Numbered from the stretch's first letter, positions 27,767-40,326 are shown. The stretch is DNA of 64,000 nucleotides from Gammaproteobacteria bacterium (GCA_030680605.1 JAUXUQ010000002.1:257536-321535), one strand, 5' to 3'. The notes: a model not told the origin generated them from the letters alone. Made by a program: numbers and translations.

Positions 27767-27800
27767 TGATAATGATGTGTGAACCTGTCGTGTAGCAACG

Positions 27801-27876
<76 letters not shown>

Positions 27877-27953
27877 GAAATCAAGGCGCTATTCTAGGTG
27901 GCGGGGTGGGCAGCGTCAAGAAATTGCGGGAAAAGCTGCCGGGTGTGCGCTGC

Positions 27954-29210
27954 TCACATGTTTTTAATCACCGCGTCACCAAACCCTGAGGTGCTGACCA
28001 GCGTGGCATCAGGCATCAACCGGGCGAGATCGGCGGTCACGGTTTTGGCGGCGATGGCCCCCGACACGCCTTTAATGACCAGGTCAGCGGCCTCTTTCCA
28101 TCCCAGATGGCGCAGCATCATCTCGGCGGAGAGGATGATCGAGGCCGGGTTGAGCTGGTTCTTGCCGGCGTACTTCGGCGCCGTGCCATGGGTGGCCTCG
28201 AACATGGCGACGGCATCGGATAGATTCGCGCCCGGTGCCATGCCAATGCCGCCGACCTGTGCAGCCAGCGCATCGGAGATGTAGTCGCCGTTGAGGTTGA
28301 GTGTGGCGATTACGCTGAAATCTTCCGGGCGCAGCAGTATCTCCTGTAAAAAGGCGTCCGCAATCACGTCCTTGATGATGATTTCTTTATCAGTGTGCGG
28401 ATTTTTCATTCGGCACCACGGCCCTGCATCTATCTGCGATGCGCCGAACTCACGCTGGGCGAGTGCGTAGCCCCAGTTGCGGAAGCCGCCCTCAGTGAAC
28501 TTCATGATGTTGCCCTTGTGCACCAGCGTCACCGAGTCGCGATGGTTGTCGATGGCATACTGGATCGCCTTGCGCACCAGCCGCTCCGTGCCCTCACGCG
28601 ACACCGGCTTGATGCCGATGCCGGAGCTTTCCGGGAAGCGGATTTTCTTCACGCCCATCTGATGTTGCAGAAAGTCGATGACTTTTTTTACCTCCGGCGT
28701 GCCCGCCGCCCATTCGATACCGGCGTAGATGTCTTCCGAATTTTCGCGGAAGATCACCATGTCTGTTTTCTCCGGCTGTTTCAGCGGGCTGGGTGTGCCG
28801 GTGTAGTAGCGCACCGGGCGCAGGCAAACATACAAGTCCAGTTCCTGACGCAACGTGACGTTGAGCGAACGCATGCCGCCGCCGACGGGTGTCGTGAGCG
28901 GCCCCTTGATGGAGACCACATAGTCGCGTAGCGCGCGTAGCGTTTCCTCGGGTAGCCAGGTGTCACCACCGTACAGCTTTACCGCCTTTTCACCCGCATA
29001 TACCTCCATCCAGACGATGCGGCGGCGGTTGGCATAGACCTTGGTCACGGCGGCATCGACCACGTGGCGCATTACGGGGGTGATATCCATTCCGATGCCA
29101 TCGCCCTCAATGAACGGAATGATCGGACGCTCAGGCGTTTGCAGGCTGTAGTCAGCGTTGACGTGGATGCGCTCACCTTCGGAAGGGACAATGATATGCG
29201 TGTCAGCCAT
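27954..29210 (-). CDS. icd: NADP-dependent isocitrate dehydrogenase
   Basis: 418 aa, homodimeric Icd motifs ([14 protein letters not shown], phosphorylation-loop region). Confidence 0.95.
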   Translation of the reverse strand: MADTHIIVPSEGERIHVNADYSLQTPERPIIPFIEGDGIGMDITPVMRHVVDAAVTKVYANRRRIVWMEVYAGEKAVKLYGGDTWLPEETLRALRDYVVSIKGPLTTPVGGGMRSLNVTLRQELDLYVCLRPVRYYTGTPSPLKQPEKTDMVIFRENSEDIYAGIEWAAGTPEVKKVIDFLQHQMGVKKIRFPESSGIGIKPVSREGTERLVRKAIQYAIDNHRDSVTLVHKGNIMKFTEGGFRNWGYALAQREFGASQIDAGPWCRMKNPHTDKEIIIKDVIADAFLQEILLRPEDFSVIATLNLNGDYISDALAAQVGGIGMAPGANLSDAVAMFEATHGTAPKYAGKNQLNPASIILSAEMMLRHLGWKEAADLVIKGVSGAIAAKTVTADLARLMPDATLVSTSGFGDAVIKNM

Positions 29211-29331
29211 GGGGATTTCCGGTCAATTTAAGGTAAAGAACGGCTGAATTTTAGCATTAACGGCTGGAGTGGCATAAGATTTGTATCACCTATACCTTCA
29301 GCAGTGCCCACACACGGGACAGGAGGCTGAC

Positions 29332-29979
29332 ATGAAATTTTTTATCGACAGTGCAAATCTGGATGACGTACGCAAGGCAGTAGAACTCGGCATGGCGGAC
29401 GGCGTGACCACCAATCCCAGCCTCATGGCCAAGGAAACCGGGATCAGCTTTCACAAGCAGATTGCCACCATATGCGCCTTGGTCAGTGGCCCGGTAAGCG
29501 CTGAGGTGACCTCGCTCGACTATGCCGAGATGCTCAGGCAGGGCCGTGAGCTGGCCAGTATCGCGCCCAACGTCACGGTAAAGCTGCCACTCACGCCCGA
29601 CGGCCTGCGCGCCTGCCGCGATCTCGCGGATGAAGGCACCCAGGTCAATGTGACGCTGTGCTTTTCAGCGGCGCAGGCGATACTCGCGGCCAAGGCCGGC
29701 GCGAGCTTTGTCTCGCCCTTTGTTGGGCGACTGGACGATGTGGGCGAACACGGCATGAGTCTGATTGCCGAGATTGTGGACATCTACAACAACTACGACT
29801 GGCCGACAGAGGTGCTGGTGGCCTCGGTGCGCCATCCCACGCACGTGCTGGAGGCCGCGCGCATCGGCGCTGATGTAGTGACTCTGCCATTCAAGGTGCT
29901 GGAGCAGATGTACAAGCACCCGCTGACGACCATGGGAATCGATCAGTTCATGGCCGACTGGAAGAAGAGCGGGCTGTAA
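29332..29979 (+). CDS. tal: Short-type transaldolase / fructose-6-phosphate aldolase
   Basis: [13 protein letters not shown] start, NPSL, catalytic Lys region VTVKLP, ~215 aa. Confidence 0.85.
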   Translation: MKFFIDSANLDDVRKAVELGMADGVTTNPSLMAKETGISFHKQIATICALVSGPVSAEVTSLDYAEMLRQGRELASIAPNVTVKLPLTPDGLRACRDLADEGTQVNVTLCFSAAQAILAAKAGASFVSPFVGRLDDVGEHGMSLIAEIVDIYNNYDWPTEVLVASVRHPTHVLEAARIGADVVTLPFKVLEQMYKHPLTTMGIDQFMADWKKSGL

Positions 29980-30051
29980 AACTAAGGCACAAGGGGCAAA
30001 TCAGGGCAGCGCCCTGTTGCCCTCGTATCCAGTTATTACTGCTGCTTCTAA

Positions 30052-30396
30052 TTAAAACGTGTCGCCATTCCAGCCCCAGAGCGCGCCCTTGGCGTTGGCA
30101 AACTCGATATATACCCGTTCCTGTGGAATATCCGTCTGCTCTGCCATCAGATCACACAAGGCCTTCGAGAGCGCTGCGGTCTTGCTCTCCGGCAGACCGA
30201 TGCTTTTGAGTTCGAGATAGGCGAGCGGCGCGTCCGTGCCCGCAAACAGCATGGACAGGGGCGGCTCCAGCGCCACCATCACATAGCTCTCCGGCTTGCC
30301 GAGTTCACTGGCCACCGTGCGCGAGGCCTGTGCCAGCAGTGCCTTGGCGGTATCCGGTGCAAGCGGGGTGTTGGTTTGTATTTTGAGGTAGGGCAT
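30052..30396 (-). CDS. MIF/tautomerase-family protein (phenylpyruvate tautomerase-like)
   Basis: N-terminal MPYLKIQTN (Pro1 after Met removal), ~114 aa. Confidence 0.7.
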   Translation of the reverse strand: MPYLKIQTNTPLAPDTAKALLAQASRTVASELGKPESYVMVALEPPLSMLFAGTDAPLAYLELKSIGLPESKTAALSKALCDLMAEQTDIPQERVYIEFANAKGALWGWNGDTF

Positions 30397-30566
30397 CGCA
30401 GCTCCTGTTGTGGGTGTGGCCAAACGGAAATTTACTGGGTTTGCGGATAGTTCAGTTCCATCCCGCGACTTTATCGTTTATTCTTACTGGTTTACGAGCT
30501 TATTACAAAAGTTGGCGTCATGGCAGGCGTCGGTTTGCGGGTTTTCTTGGTTCAGGAGTGGTGGCA

Positions 30567-32279
30567 GTGGAATTAACAGGCGCAGAGATACTGGTGCGGT
30601 CGCTCAAGGACGAGGGCGTGGAGTATGTCTTTGGCTATCCCGGCGGCGCGGTGTTGCACATCTATGATGCGCTTTACCGGCAGGAGGATGTGAAGCACAT
30701 CCTGGTGCGCCACGAGCAGGGCGCAACCCATGCCGCCGACGGCTACGCACGCTCCACCGGCAGGCCCGGCGTGGTGCTGGTGACTTCGGGGCCGGGTGCG
30801 ACCAATGCCGTGACCGGCATCGCCACCGCCTACATGGACTCCATCCCGCTGGTGGTGATCACCGGGCAGGTGCACACCTGGGCCATCGGCAGCGACGCCT
30901 TTCAGGAAGTGGACTCCGTGGGCATTACGCGCCCGTGCGTGAAGCACAATTTTCTGGTCAAGGACGTGAAAGACCTCGCGACCACGATCAAGAAGGCCTT
31001 TTACATCGCCACCACGGGTCGCCCCGGCCCGGTGGTGGTGGACGTGCCCAAGGATGTCACCGCCCAGATAACGGAGTACGCCTACCCCAAAAAGGTGGCA
31101 TTGCGCTCCTACAAGCCCGTGGTTGAAGGACATCCGGGCCAGATCAAGAAGGCGGTGGAGCTGCTGCTCGCTGCCAAACGCCCGATGATTTACAGTGGCG
31201 GCGGCGTGATTCTGGGTGAGGCATCCAAAATCCTTACCGAGTTTACGCGTCTACTGGGTTGCCCCATCACCAACACGTTGATGGGTCTCGGCGCCTATCC
31301 CTCCAACGACAAGCAGTTTGTCGGCATGCTGGGTATGCACGGGACCTACGAAGCCAACATGGCGATGCACGAGTGTGATGTGCTGATTGCCATCGGTGCG
31401 CGTTTTGATGACCGCGTGGTGGGAAAGGTGGAGTTGTTCTCGCCCGGCTCGAAGAAGATACACATCGACATCGACCCATCGTCGATCTCGAAGAGCGTGC
31501 GCGTGGACGTGCCTATCGTGGGTTCGGTGGGCAATGTGCTGGCTGAAATGCTCAAGCTCATCAAGGCGGCCAGGAAACAGCCCGACAAGACGGCGCTGGC
31601 GGCGTGGTGGAAGCAGATCAACCAATGGCGCGCCAAGGACTGCCTGCGTTACGACCACAAGAGCAAGCTCATCAAGCCGCAGGCGGTGCTGGAGAAGCTG
31701 TACCAGTTGACCAAGGGCGATGCCTTTGTCACCTCCGACGTGGGCCAGCACCAGATGTGGGCGGCGCAGTTTTACCGGTTCGACAAGCCGCGCCGCTGGA
31801 TCAACTCCGGTGGGCTCGGCACCATGGGTTTCGGCCTGCCGGCGGCGATGGGCGTGCAGTTGGCCCACCCCAAGGCTACGGTGGCCTGTGTCACGGGCGA
31901 GGCCAGCATCATGATGTGCATACAGGAGCTGTCCACCTGCAAGCAGTATGGCCTGCCGATCAAGATCATCAACCTCAACAACCGTTATATGGGCATGGTG
32001 CGGCAGTGGCAGGAGTTCTTCTACAAGGGCCGCTATTCGCACTCCTACATGGACGCGCTGCCTGATTTCGTGCAGCTGGCGGAAAGCTTTGGCCACGTGG
32101 GCATGAAGATCGAGAAGCCCGGTGACGTCGAGCCTGCTCTGAAAGAGGCGCTGAAGCTGAAAGACCGGCTGGTATTCATGGACTTCATCACCGATCAGAC
32201 CGAGAATGTGTATCCGATGATTGAGGCGGGCAAGGGGCATCATGAGATGCATCTTTCACCCGAGCGGGAACTGGCGTGA
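30567..32279 (+). CDS. ilvI: Acetolactate synthase large subunit. GTG start at 30567 with AGGAG RBS at 30555-30559.
   Basis: MELTGAEILVRSLKDEGVEYVFGYPGG matches the IlvI/IlvB N-terminus. ThDP motif GLGTMGFGLPAAMG. FAD-binding region. Confidence 0.9.
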   Translation: MELTGAEILVRSLKDEGVEYVFGYPGGAVLHIYDALYRQEDVKHILVRHEQGATHAADGYARSTGRPGVVLVTSGPGATNAVTGIATAYMDSIPLVVITGQVHTWAIGSDAFQEVDSVGITRPCVKHNFLVKDVKDLATTIKKAFYIATTGRPGPVVVDVPKDVTAQITEYAYPKKVALRSYKPVVEGHPGQIKKAVELLLAAKRPMIYSGGGVILGEASKILTEFTRLLGCPITNTLMGLGAYPSNDKQFVGMLGMHGTYEANMAMHECDVLIAIGARFDDRVVGKVELFSPGSKKIHIDIDPSSISKSVRVDVPIVGSVGNVLAEMLKLIKAARKQPDKTALAAWWKQINQWRAKDCLRYDHKSKLIKPQAVLEKLYQLTKGDAFVTSDVGQHQMWAAQFYRFDKPRRWINSGGLGTMGFGLPAAMGVQLAHPKATVACVTGEASIMMCIQELSTCKQYGLPIKIINLNNRYMGMVRQWQEFFYKGRYSHSYMDALPDFVQLAESFGHVGMKIEKPGDVEPALKEALKLKDRLVFMDFITDQTENVYPMIEAGKGHHEMHLSPERELA

Positions 32280-32776
32280 ACGATATGCGACACATCATTT
32301 CAATTTTGATGGAAAACGAATCCGGCGCACTATCGCGGGTCGCTGGGCTGTTCTCCGCGCGCGGCTACAACATCGAGTCACTCACTGTGGCACCGACCGA
32401 AGACCCGTCGCTGTCACGCATGACGCTGGTGACCAGTGGCACCGACAACATCATCGAGCAGATTACCAAGCAGCTCAACAAGCTGGTGGACGTGGTGAAG
32501 CTGCTCGATCTTACCGAAGGCGCGCACATCGAGCGCGAGATGATGCTGATCAAGGTCAAGGCAACGGGTGCGGCGCGCGAGGAGATCAAGCGTCTGGCGG
32601 ACATCTTCCGTGGCCACATCATTGACGTCACGGATGCCAGTTATGTCATCGAGTTGACCGGCACCGGCGAGAAACTCGACGGGTTTATCCAGGCGCTCGA
32701 CGGCAAGTCCATTATCGAGGTCGTGCGTTCCGGTGCCTCGGGCATTGCGCGCGGCGCGAAGAGTTTGAAGGTTTAA
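32276..32776 (+). CDS. ilvH: Acetolactate synthase small (regulatory) subunit
   Basis: ACT domain (HIISILMENESGALSRVAGLFSARGYNIESL) plus C-terminal domain. ATGA overlap with ilvI. Confidence 0.9.
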   Translation: MNDMRHIISILMENESGALSRVAGLFSARGYNIESLTVAPTEDPSLSRMTLVTSGTDNIIEQITKQLNKLVDVVKLLDLTEGAHIEREMMLIKVKATGAAREEIKRLADIFRGHIIDVTDASYVIELTGTGEKLDGFIQALDGKSIIEVVRSGASGIARGAKSLKV

Positions 32777-32847
32777 TAACAACAGTAACGAGTAGCCAGG
32801 AAAAACAAAAGCCTTTGCTCGCCACTCGCTACTGTATTTATATATAG

Positions 32848-33873
<1,026 letters not shown>

Positions 33874-33889
33874 GGCCGCTGGCTGCCCC

Positions 33890-34726
33890 GTGCCGGATAA
33901 CGCGAACGAAGAGCACCCCACAGACAGGCGTATACTGCGCCGTCGGCGCGGCATTTACCTGCTGCCCAACCTGTTTACCACCGCCGGACTGTTCGCAGGG
34001 TTCTACGCCATCGTGGCCGGCATGAACGGGCGCTTTGAGGCCGCCGCCGTCGCCATCTTTGTCGCCATGGTAATGGACGGCATCGACGGCCGCATTGCCC
34101 GCCTCACCAATACCCAGAGCGACTTCGGCGCGGAGTACGACAGCCTCGCCGACATGGTCTCCTTTGGTCTTGCCCCGGCGCTGGTGGTGTATTCCTGGGG
34201 GCTGCATTTTCTCGGCAAGTTCGGCTGGCTGGCGGCCTTTGTCTACGCCGCCTGTGCCGCACTGCGGCTGGCCCGCTTCAATACCCAGATCGGCATCATC
34301 GACAAGCGCTACTTTCAGGGGCTGGCCAGCCCGGCGGCGGCAGGAATCATCGCCGGCATGGTCTGGAGCGCCCATGACTTCGAGTTGGAGGGCACGGCCA
34401 TCATGGTCGTGGCGCTGCTGATTACCGTGCTGGTGAGTGTGCTCATGGTGAGCAAGATGCGTTATTACAGCTTCAAGGACTTCAACCTCAAGAACAAAGT
34501 GCCGTTTCTGGCGCTGCTGGGGCTGGTGTCCGTGATTGTTCTGATTTCCAGCGACCCGCCGCGCATCCTGCTGGCCGTGTTTCTGCTCTACGGTATCTCC
34601 GGCCCGATACTGACCCTGATGCAGTTGCGCAGCAAGCGGCTGGCACGCAAAATCCAGGCTGGGGGTGGTGAAACCACGGAGGCCGGAGACACGCGGCCCG
34701 AAGATGTACGCAAGGACGAACCTTGA
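33890..34726 (+). CDS. pssA: CDP-diacylglycerol--serine O-phosphatidyltransferase
   Basis: CDP-alcohol phosphatidyltransferase motif DGIDGRIAR...G...D...D. Multiple TM helices. Confidence 0.85.
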   Translation: MPDNANEEHPTDRRILRRRRGIYLLPNLFTTAGLFAGFYAIVAGMNGRFEAAAVAIFVAMVMDGIDGRIARLTNTQSDFGAEYDSLADMVSFGLAPALVVYSWGLHFLGKFGWLAAFVYAACAALRLARFNTQIGIIDKRYFQGLASPAAAGIIAGMVWSAHDFELEGTAIMVVALLITVLVSVLMVSKMRYYSFKDFNLKNKVPFLALLGLVSVIVLISSDPPRILLAVFLLYGISGPILTLMQLRSKRLARKIQAGGGETTEAGDTRPEDVRKDEP

Positions 34727-34776
34727 AAAATCGCCGTAGCAGCCGTATAGTTAGCCTGCGGATTTAGAAATTACCC

Positions 34777-34890
34777 ATGACACACGCCAACCACACAGCT
34801 GTTGCCGCCCATGCCGCCGCCCGTCGGCAGGCCGTGTTGCGCGTGGCCACTGCACTTAATCTCCTGCCGCTCCTGCGACTGCTGCCCTAG
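34777..34890 (+). CDS. Candidate leucine-operon leader peptide (37 aa, MTHANHTAVAAHAAARRQAVLRVATALNLLPLLRLLP)
   Basis: 8 Leu, 6 of them in the last 10 residues. Located 140 bp upstream of leuA, with hairpins between. No clean U-run terminator seen, so an attenuation mechanism is unproven. Confidence 0.45.
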   Translation: MTHANHTAVAAHAAARRQAVLRVATALNLLPLLRLLP

Positions 34891-35031
34891 GGCAGATACC
34901 GTCGAACTCCCTGGCGAGGGAATACCCACGCGAACCAATCCTGATAAACAAGCCACGCGACGATTACCAGCGCGTCGTGTAGCATATGGGCACCTCTAAA
35001 AATGCGCCCATAGCAGCAGCGGAGAATGCAG

Positions 35032-36579
35032 ATGAGCGACAAGTTAATCATATTCGATACCACCATGCGCGACGGCGAGCAAAGCCCCGGCGCATCAATG
35101 ACGCGCGAGGAAAAGATACGCATCGCGAAGGCGCTGGAGCGCATGCGCGTTGATGTGATCGAGGCCGGGTTCCCAATCGCCAGCATCGGCGATTTCGAAT
35201 CGGTAAAGGCGGTGTCCGAGGTCATTACCGAAAGCACCGTGTGCGCCCTGGCGCGCGCGCTGGAAAAAGACATCGACCGTGCCGCCGAGGCCATCAAGCC
35301 CGCCAGGCGTGGCCGCATTCACACCTTTATAGCCACCAGCCCGATCCACATGCAGCACAAGTTGCGCATGACACCGGACGAGGTGCTGGAGCGCACCGTG
35401 CAGATGGTCAAGCGCGCGCGGCAGTATACCGATGACGTGGAATTTTCAGCCGAAGACGCCGTGCGCTCGGAGATGGATTTCCTCTGCCGCGTGTATGAGG
35501 CGGCGATCGATGCAGGCGCGCGCACCGTCAACGTGCCCGACACCGTGGGCTACAGCATTCCCCATGCGTGGGGCGAACGCATCAAAACCCTCATAGAGCG
35601 GGTGCCCAACGCCGACAAGGCCATCTGGTCCACCCACTGCCACAACGATTTGGGGTTGGCCGTGGCCAACTCGCTGTCGGCGGTGTTGAACGGCGCGCGT
35701 CAGGTGGAGTGCACCATCAATGGCCTCGGCGAGCGCGCGGGTAATGCGGCGCTGGAAGAGATCGTGATGGCGGTGCGCACGCGGCGCGACATCTTCACCT
35801 GCGATACCGGCATCGACGCCACCCAGATCGTACCTGCGAGCCGTTTGGTCTCCGGCATCACCGGCTTTCCGGTACAGCCGAACAAAGCCATCGTCGGCGC
35901 AAATGCCTTCGCCCATGAGTCCGGCATCCATCAAGATGGCGTGCTCAAGCACCGCACGACCTACGAAATCATGCGGGCCGAAGACGTGGGTTGGGTCACC
36001 AACCGCATGGTGTTAGGCAAGCACTCCGGACGCAATGCTTTCCGCGCGCGCCTGCAGGAGTTGGGCGCCAGCTTTGCCACGGAAGAGGCCTTGAATGAAA
36101 CCTTTGTCCGCTTCAAGGAACTGGCCGACAAGAAGCACGACATCTTCGACGAGGATTTGCAGGCGCTGATTACCGAGGCCAACCTCAACGCTGAAAACGA
36201 GCGCATCAAGCTGGTCGCGCTCAAGGCCTGTTCCGAAACCGGCGAGATACCCAATGCCGCTGTGACATTGTCAGTGGACGGTGTCGAGCAGCACGCCAGC
36301 GCACCGGGCGGCGGGCCGGTGGACGCCGCCTTCAAGGCCATCGAGAGCATCGTGCAAAGCGGCACGACGCTACAGCTTTACTCGGTGAATAACATCACCA
36401 GCGGCACCGATTCGCAGGGTGAGGTGACGGTGCGGGTGGAGAAGGGCGGGCGGATTGTGAACGGGCAGGGCGCGGATACCGACATTGTGATTGCATCGGC
36501 CAAGGCCTACCTCAACGCGATGAATAAAATTCTGCAAACCTCAGAGCGCGAGCACCCGCAGGCCGGGCAGCCGATCTAA
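35032..36579 (+). CDS. leuA: 2-isopropylmalate synthase
   Basis: [19 protein letters not shown]-terminus, [15 protein letters not shown]-terminal LeuA dimerisation/regulatory domain. Confidence 0.95.
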   Translation: MSDKLIIFDTTMRDGEQSPGASMTREEKIRIAKALERMRVDVIEAGFPIASIGDFESVKAVSEVITESTVCALARALEKDIDRAAEAIKPARRGRIHTFIATSPIHMQHKLRMTPDEVLERTVQMVKRARQYTDDVEFSAEDAVRSEMDFLCRVYEAAIDAGARTVNVPDTVGYSIPHAWGERIKTLIERVPNADKAIWSTHCHNDLGLAVANSLSAVLNGARQVECTINGLGERAGNAALEEIVMAVRTRRDIFTCDTGIDATQIVPASRLVSGITGFPVQPNKAIVGANAFAHESGIHQDGVLKHRTTYEIMRAEDVGWVTNRMVLGKHSGRNAFRARLQELGASFATEEALNETFVRFKELADKKHDIFDEDLQALITEANLNAENERIKLVALKACSETGEIPNAAVTLSVDGVEQHASAPGGGPVDAAFKAIESIVQSGTTLQLYSVNNITSGTDSQGEVTVRVEKGGRIVNGQGADTDIVIASAKAYLNAMNKILQTSEREHPQAGQPI

Positions 36580-36721
36580 GCGTGAAATGGTTGAGTGGGC
36601 AGGGTGAGCCTGTAGGGTGCGAAGCGTAGCGCATTGCACCGGATGGTTGCCAAGACGTATGCGGCGCAATGCCATTTTGTTATTGCGCCCTACTACGCGC
36701 TGGAGCGCCTTGTTAACCGTT

Positions 36722-37630
36722 TTAACCCTCAATAAAGTAATCGCTGTCAATTTTCTTCGTTTCATACGACGTGACAGGAGTAACTCCAACATTGTGGTCG
36801 ATCATGAGTTGGGATAACTGCTCGCCGTCTATAAGCACGATCTTAGAATCGATTTTCGCCACATAATCCACAGCTTCGCGGCTGAAGTCGGAAGTGGTGA
36901 TAAAGATTCCTTTCTTTGCGCGGTGCCCTTGCAGGGCACCCGCAAACTTCTGTATTTCAGGGCGCCCGATCGTAGCCTGCCACCGTTTGGCTTGAATGTA
37001 GATGACATCGAGGCCGAGACGATCTTCGTTAATGATGCCGTCAATGCCCTCGTCGCCGCTGCGGCCAATGGCCTTTCCAGCTTCCTTTCGAGAACCGCCA
37101 TAGCCCATGTTTACGAGAACATCGATGACGAGGCGCTCGAAAAAAGACGGGGAGCATTCTGTTACGGTTTTTAGAAGTTCAGCGGACAAATCTTCGCGAA
37201 GTTTCTGGTATGCCGTTTCCAGAAGCTCGCCTGGTGTTTGGAGGGTTTCGGTTTCAGTCGACTCTGTAGTTTCTACAGGTTCTCGGTGTTTCGACCGGAA
37301 CTCTACAAACTCGGGAAATTGCTCTAAGAATTTCACATTGATTTCGGGCGGATTCTTGGATAGGACTTCCCGACCACGTTGGGTGATGCTAAAGTGCCCG
37401 CGTCGCGTTGACTCCAGCAGAGCCGCCTTACTCATATAAGATCGCGCCCATGCAACACGGTTGTTGAATCTTGGCTGTTGTCCGCTCGGCAACAGCTCAT
37501 TCTTTTCTGCGTCCGTAAGCCCGAACTGTTTGGACAAGCCCTCGATTGCTTCCCGCAGGGGATGTTCGTTTCCGTCCGTAGCGAAACGAAGCAAGGGAAG
37601 CATAATTGACTGGTAATCAGGTATCGCCAT
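36722..37630 (-). CDS. mrr: Mrr-like type IV (modification-dependent) restriction endonuclease
   Basis: Near-colinear with E. coli Mrr. N-terminal winged helix (MLPLLRF...). Catalytic Mrr_cat core (GGSRKEAGKAIGRSGDEGIDGIINEDRLGLDVIYIQAKRW). GC markedly lower than the flanks. Confidence 0.85.
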   Translation of the reverse strand: MAIPDYQSIMLPLLRFATDGNEHPLREAIEGLSKQFGLTDAEKNELLPSGQQPRFNNRVAWARSYMSKAALLESTRRGHFSITQRGREVLSKNPPEINVKFLEQFPEFVEFRSKHREPVETTESTETETLQTPGELLETAYQKLREDLSAELLKTVTECSPSFFERLVIDVLVNMGYGGSRKEAGKAIGRSGDEGIDGIINEDRLGLDVIYIQAKRWQATIGRPEIQKFAGALQGHRAKKGIFITTSDFSREAVDYVAKIDSKIVLIDGEQLSQLMIDHNVGVTPVTSYETKKIDSDYFIEG

Positions 37631-37660
37631 GAGTGGTTCTTCTATTGTTGACGGCTAACA

Positions 37661-38953
37661 TCAATTAGGATCGTTTACACTACCCTTTTTGGTCGTGATA
37701 GTCATCCTGCGCGGCTGTTTTTCGAGCGGCTCGGGTGCTTCAATCAGCTTGCCGGTTTCCACGCCCATTTCTGCGAATTTGCGTGCGCCGGGGATGAGCT
37801 GGCGCTCGAAGGATCCGACGGCGGCGTTGTAGTTGTCAACGCTGCTGTTGAGGCTCTTGCCGACCTTCGCCAGATGATCGGCGAACACGCCGAGGCGTTT
37901 GTATAATTCCTCGCCGACATCGCGGATGCGTTCGGCGTTGGCCGCCAGCGTTTGTTGGCGCCAGCCGTAGGCGACGGCGCGCAACAGGGCGACAAAGCTG
38001 GTGGGGGTGGCGAGTATTACCTTCTGGCGCAATGCGGTTTCGATCAGGTCGCGCTGGATGTCGAGTGCGGCGTTGAGGAACTGGTCGCCGGGGATGAACA
38101 GCACGATAAAGTCGGGCGCGTTCTTGAACTGCTCCCAATAGGATTTGGCGGCGAGTTCGCGCACGCGTTTGACGACGTTGCGTGCGTGGCTTTCGAGATG
38201 GACGGCGCGCGTGGCATCGTCGGGGGCTTCAATGGCGCTTAAATAGGCATCGAGCGGGGTTTTTACATCGACGATGATTTCGCGCCCGTCGGGCATGCGC
38301 ACTATCATGTCGGGGCGCATGCCGCCATCCGCTGTGGCCGTGTGCTCCTGCTCGAAAAAGTCGCAATACTCCACCATGCCGGCCAGCTCGGCGAGACGCT
38401 TGAGGGTGAGTTCGCCCCACTGTCCGCGCACTTCCGGGCGGCGCAAGGCCTGCACCAGATTGCGGGTTTCGCTTTGCAGCGACTGCTGGTTGATCGCCAT
38501 GGTTTCGAGGTGTTTGCTGAGCGAGCCGAAGGATTCCTTGCGCTCAAGCTCGATCTGGCGAATCTGTTGCTCGTTTTTCTCCAGCGCTTCCTTGATGGGT
38601 TTCACCAGTTGCTCGATGGATTTTTCCTTTTGCTCCAGATCGCCTTGCGCCTTGATGTGAAACTGCTTGAGGTTTTCCTGCGCCAGCTTGAGAAATTCTT
38701 CGTTGTTGCTGCGCAGTGCATCGCTCGCGAGCGCGGTGAAGGTGTGAGTGAGTTGCGCGCGGGCGGCTTCGAGTGCGGCGATTTTTTCCGCGCCGCTGCG
38801 CTGCTCGGCCTCGAGTTGCGCGCTCAGGGTGGCGTTGTCCCGGTTCAATGCGCCAAGCCGGCGCTGCATCAGGAGATAAACCGTCACGGCACCGCCCGCT
38901 ATGCCGAGCAGTGCGATGACAATCAACGCGAGCGTGGAGACTGGTTCAGTCAT
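37661..38953 (-). CDS. rmuC: DNA recombination protein RmuC
   Basis: N-terminal TM helix, long coiled coil, C-terminal RmuC nuclease-like domain. 430 aa. Confidence 0.85.
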   Translation of the reverse strand: MTEPVSTLALIVIALLGIAGGAVTVYLLMQRRLGALNRDNATLSAQLEAEQRSGAEKIAALEAARAQLTHTFTALASDALRSNNEEFLKLAQENLKQFHIKAQGDLEQKEKSIEQLVKPIKEALEKNEQQIRQIELERKESFGSLSKHLETMAINQQSLQSETRNLVQALRRPEVRGQWGELTLKRLAELAGMVEYCDFFEQEHTATADGGMRPDMIVRMPDGREIIVDVKTPLDAYLSAIEAPDDATRAVHLESHARNVVKRVRELAAKSYWEQFKNAPDFIVLFIPGDQFLNAALDIQRDLIETALRQKVILATPTSFVALLRAVAYGWRQQTLAANAERIRDVGEELYKRLGVFADHLAKVGKSLNSSVDNYNAAVGSFERQLIPGARKFAEMGVETGKLIEAPEPLEKQPRRMTITTKKGSVNDPN

Positions 38954-39650
38954 GCGCCGTAATCCAATCGAGTAACTCAGCCGGGTGCGCGATCATGCCG
39001 TCCGCGCCCCAGCTATCGGGTTGTTCATCTTCGCCGATGTAACCGAACAGCGCCACCAGCGTTTTCATGCCCGCGCGCCTGCCGGCCTCGATGTCGCGTG
39101 CGGCGTCGCCGACGTATAAACACTGATGCGCATCGCTCCCCGCAAGGTGGCAGGCGTGCAGCATGGGCGCGGGATGCGGCTTGCGTTCGGCCACGGTGTC
39201 GCCGCTCACTACGCACGCGGCGCGCGCTGATAATCCGATCTGTTCCAGCAATGGGTCGGTGAGCCAGGCGGGTTTGTTGGTGACGATGCCCCAGTTCATG
39301 CCGCGCTGCTCAATAGCGCCCAGCAGTTCTTCGATGCCGGGGAACAGGCGCGTGTGTCGCGCCAGATGGTTGCGGTAGATGTCGAGCAGGCGCAGGCGCA
39401 GCGACTCGAACGCGGCCGTGCCGGGCTCGATTTCAAAACCGAGGCGGATGAGCGCGGTCGCGCCGTGCGAGACAATGGGGCGGATGGTGTCAAACGGCAG
39501 CAGCGCGCGATCCTGCTCCTGCAACACGGCGTTGAGCGCGAAGGCGAGGTCGGGGGCGGTGTCGGCGAGCGTGCCGTCCAGATCAAACAGGACGGTGCGC
39601 AGGCCATTATTCGCGGCCACGCTTGAGTTGGGTAAGATAGTTGACATCAA
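38946..39650 (-). CDS. gph: Phosphoglycolate phosphatase (HAD superfamily)
   Basis: [10 protein letters not shown] motif I, HAD motifs II-IV. 234 aa. Confidence 0.8.
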   Translation of the reverse strand: MMSTILPNSSVAANNGLRTVLFDLDGTLADTAPDLAFALNAVLQEQDRALLPFDTIRPIVSHGATALIRLGFEIEPGTAAFESLRLRLLDIYRNHLARHTRLFPGIEELLGAIEQRGMNWGIVTNKPAWLTDPLLEQIGLSARAACVVSGDTVAERKPHPAPMLHACHLAGSDAHQCLYVGDAARDIEAGRRAGMKTLVALFGYIGEDEQPDSWGADGMIAHPAELLDWITAHD

Positions 39651-40326
39651 TATCGCGTCCCAGACGGTAGCGGCGCGTGAGCGGGTTGTAGGTCATGCCG
39701 GTCAGGTCGCGCAGTTCCAGCCCGGCGTGCCGCGCCCAGGCCTCGATCTCGGACGGGCGGATAAAGCGCGCGTAATCATGCGTGCCGCGCGGCAGCATGT
39801 TGAGTACGTACTCCGCGCCGATCACCGCCAGCAGATAGGCCTTGGGCGTGCGGTTGAGGGTGGACAGAAATACCTGGCCGCCGGGTTTGACCAGCGTGGC
39901 GCAGGCCCGCACCACGGAGGCGGGGTCGGGCACGTGTTCGAGCAGTTCCATGCAGGTGACAACATCGAAGGCGGCAGGATGCGCGGCGGCGAATTGTTCT
40001 GCTGTGCCGAGCAGATAATCCACTTTGGTGCCGGACTCGAGCAGATGCAGTTTGGCGACATTGAGGGCGTCTTCGGCCATGTCGATGCCGGTAACGACGG
40101 CGCCATGTTGCGCCATGGCCTCGGCGAGTATGCCGCCGCCGCAGCCGACATCCAGCACCCGCTTGCCGGCCAGTCTGGCGCGGGTGTCGATGTACTCAAT
40201 GCGCAACGGATTGATGTCGTGCAGCGTCTTGAGTTCGCTGTCCGGATCCCACCAGCGTGCGGCCAGGGTGCGAAATTTGTCGACCTCGGCGGGGTCTACG
40301 TTGTGAGTGTGCTGTGTCATGCCCAT
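39607..40326 (-). CDS. ubiG: Bifunctional ubiquinone biosynthesis O-methyltransferase UbiG
   Basis: [16 protein letters not shown] motif. UbiG-specific N-terminus (VDPAEVDKF). Confidence 0.85.
   Translation of the reverse strand: MGMTQHTHNVDPAEVDKFRTLAARWWDPDSELKTLHDINPLRIEYIDTRARLAGKRVLDVGCGGGILAEAMAQHGAVVTGIDMAEDALNVAKLHLLESGTKVDYLLGTAEQFAAAHPAAFDVVTCMELLEHVPDPASVVRACATLVKPGGQVFLSTLNRTPKAYLLAVIGAEYVLNMLPRGTHDYARFIRPSEIEAWARHAGLELRDLTGMTYNPLTRRYRLGRDIDVNYLTQLKRGRE

Noticed and set aside
30520-30576. 18-codon ORF (MAGVGLRVFLVQEWWQWN) overlapping the ilvI start as a possible ilv leader peptide
   Set aside because: Only modest Val/Leu enrichment, and it overlaps the RBS and start of ilvI rather than preceding an attenuator. 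Insufficient evidence.
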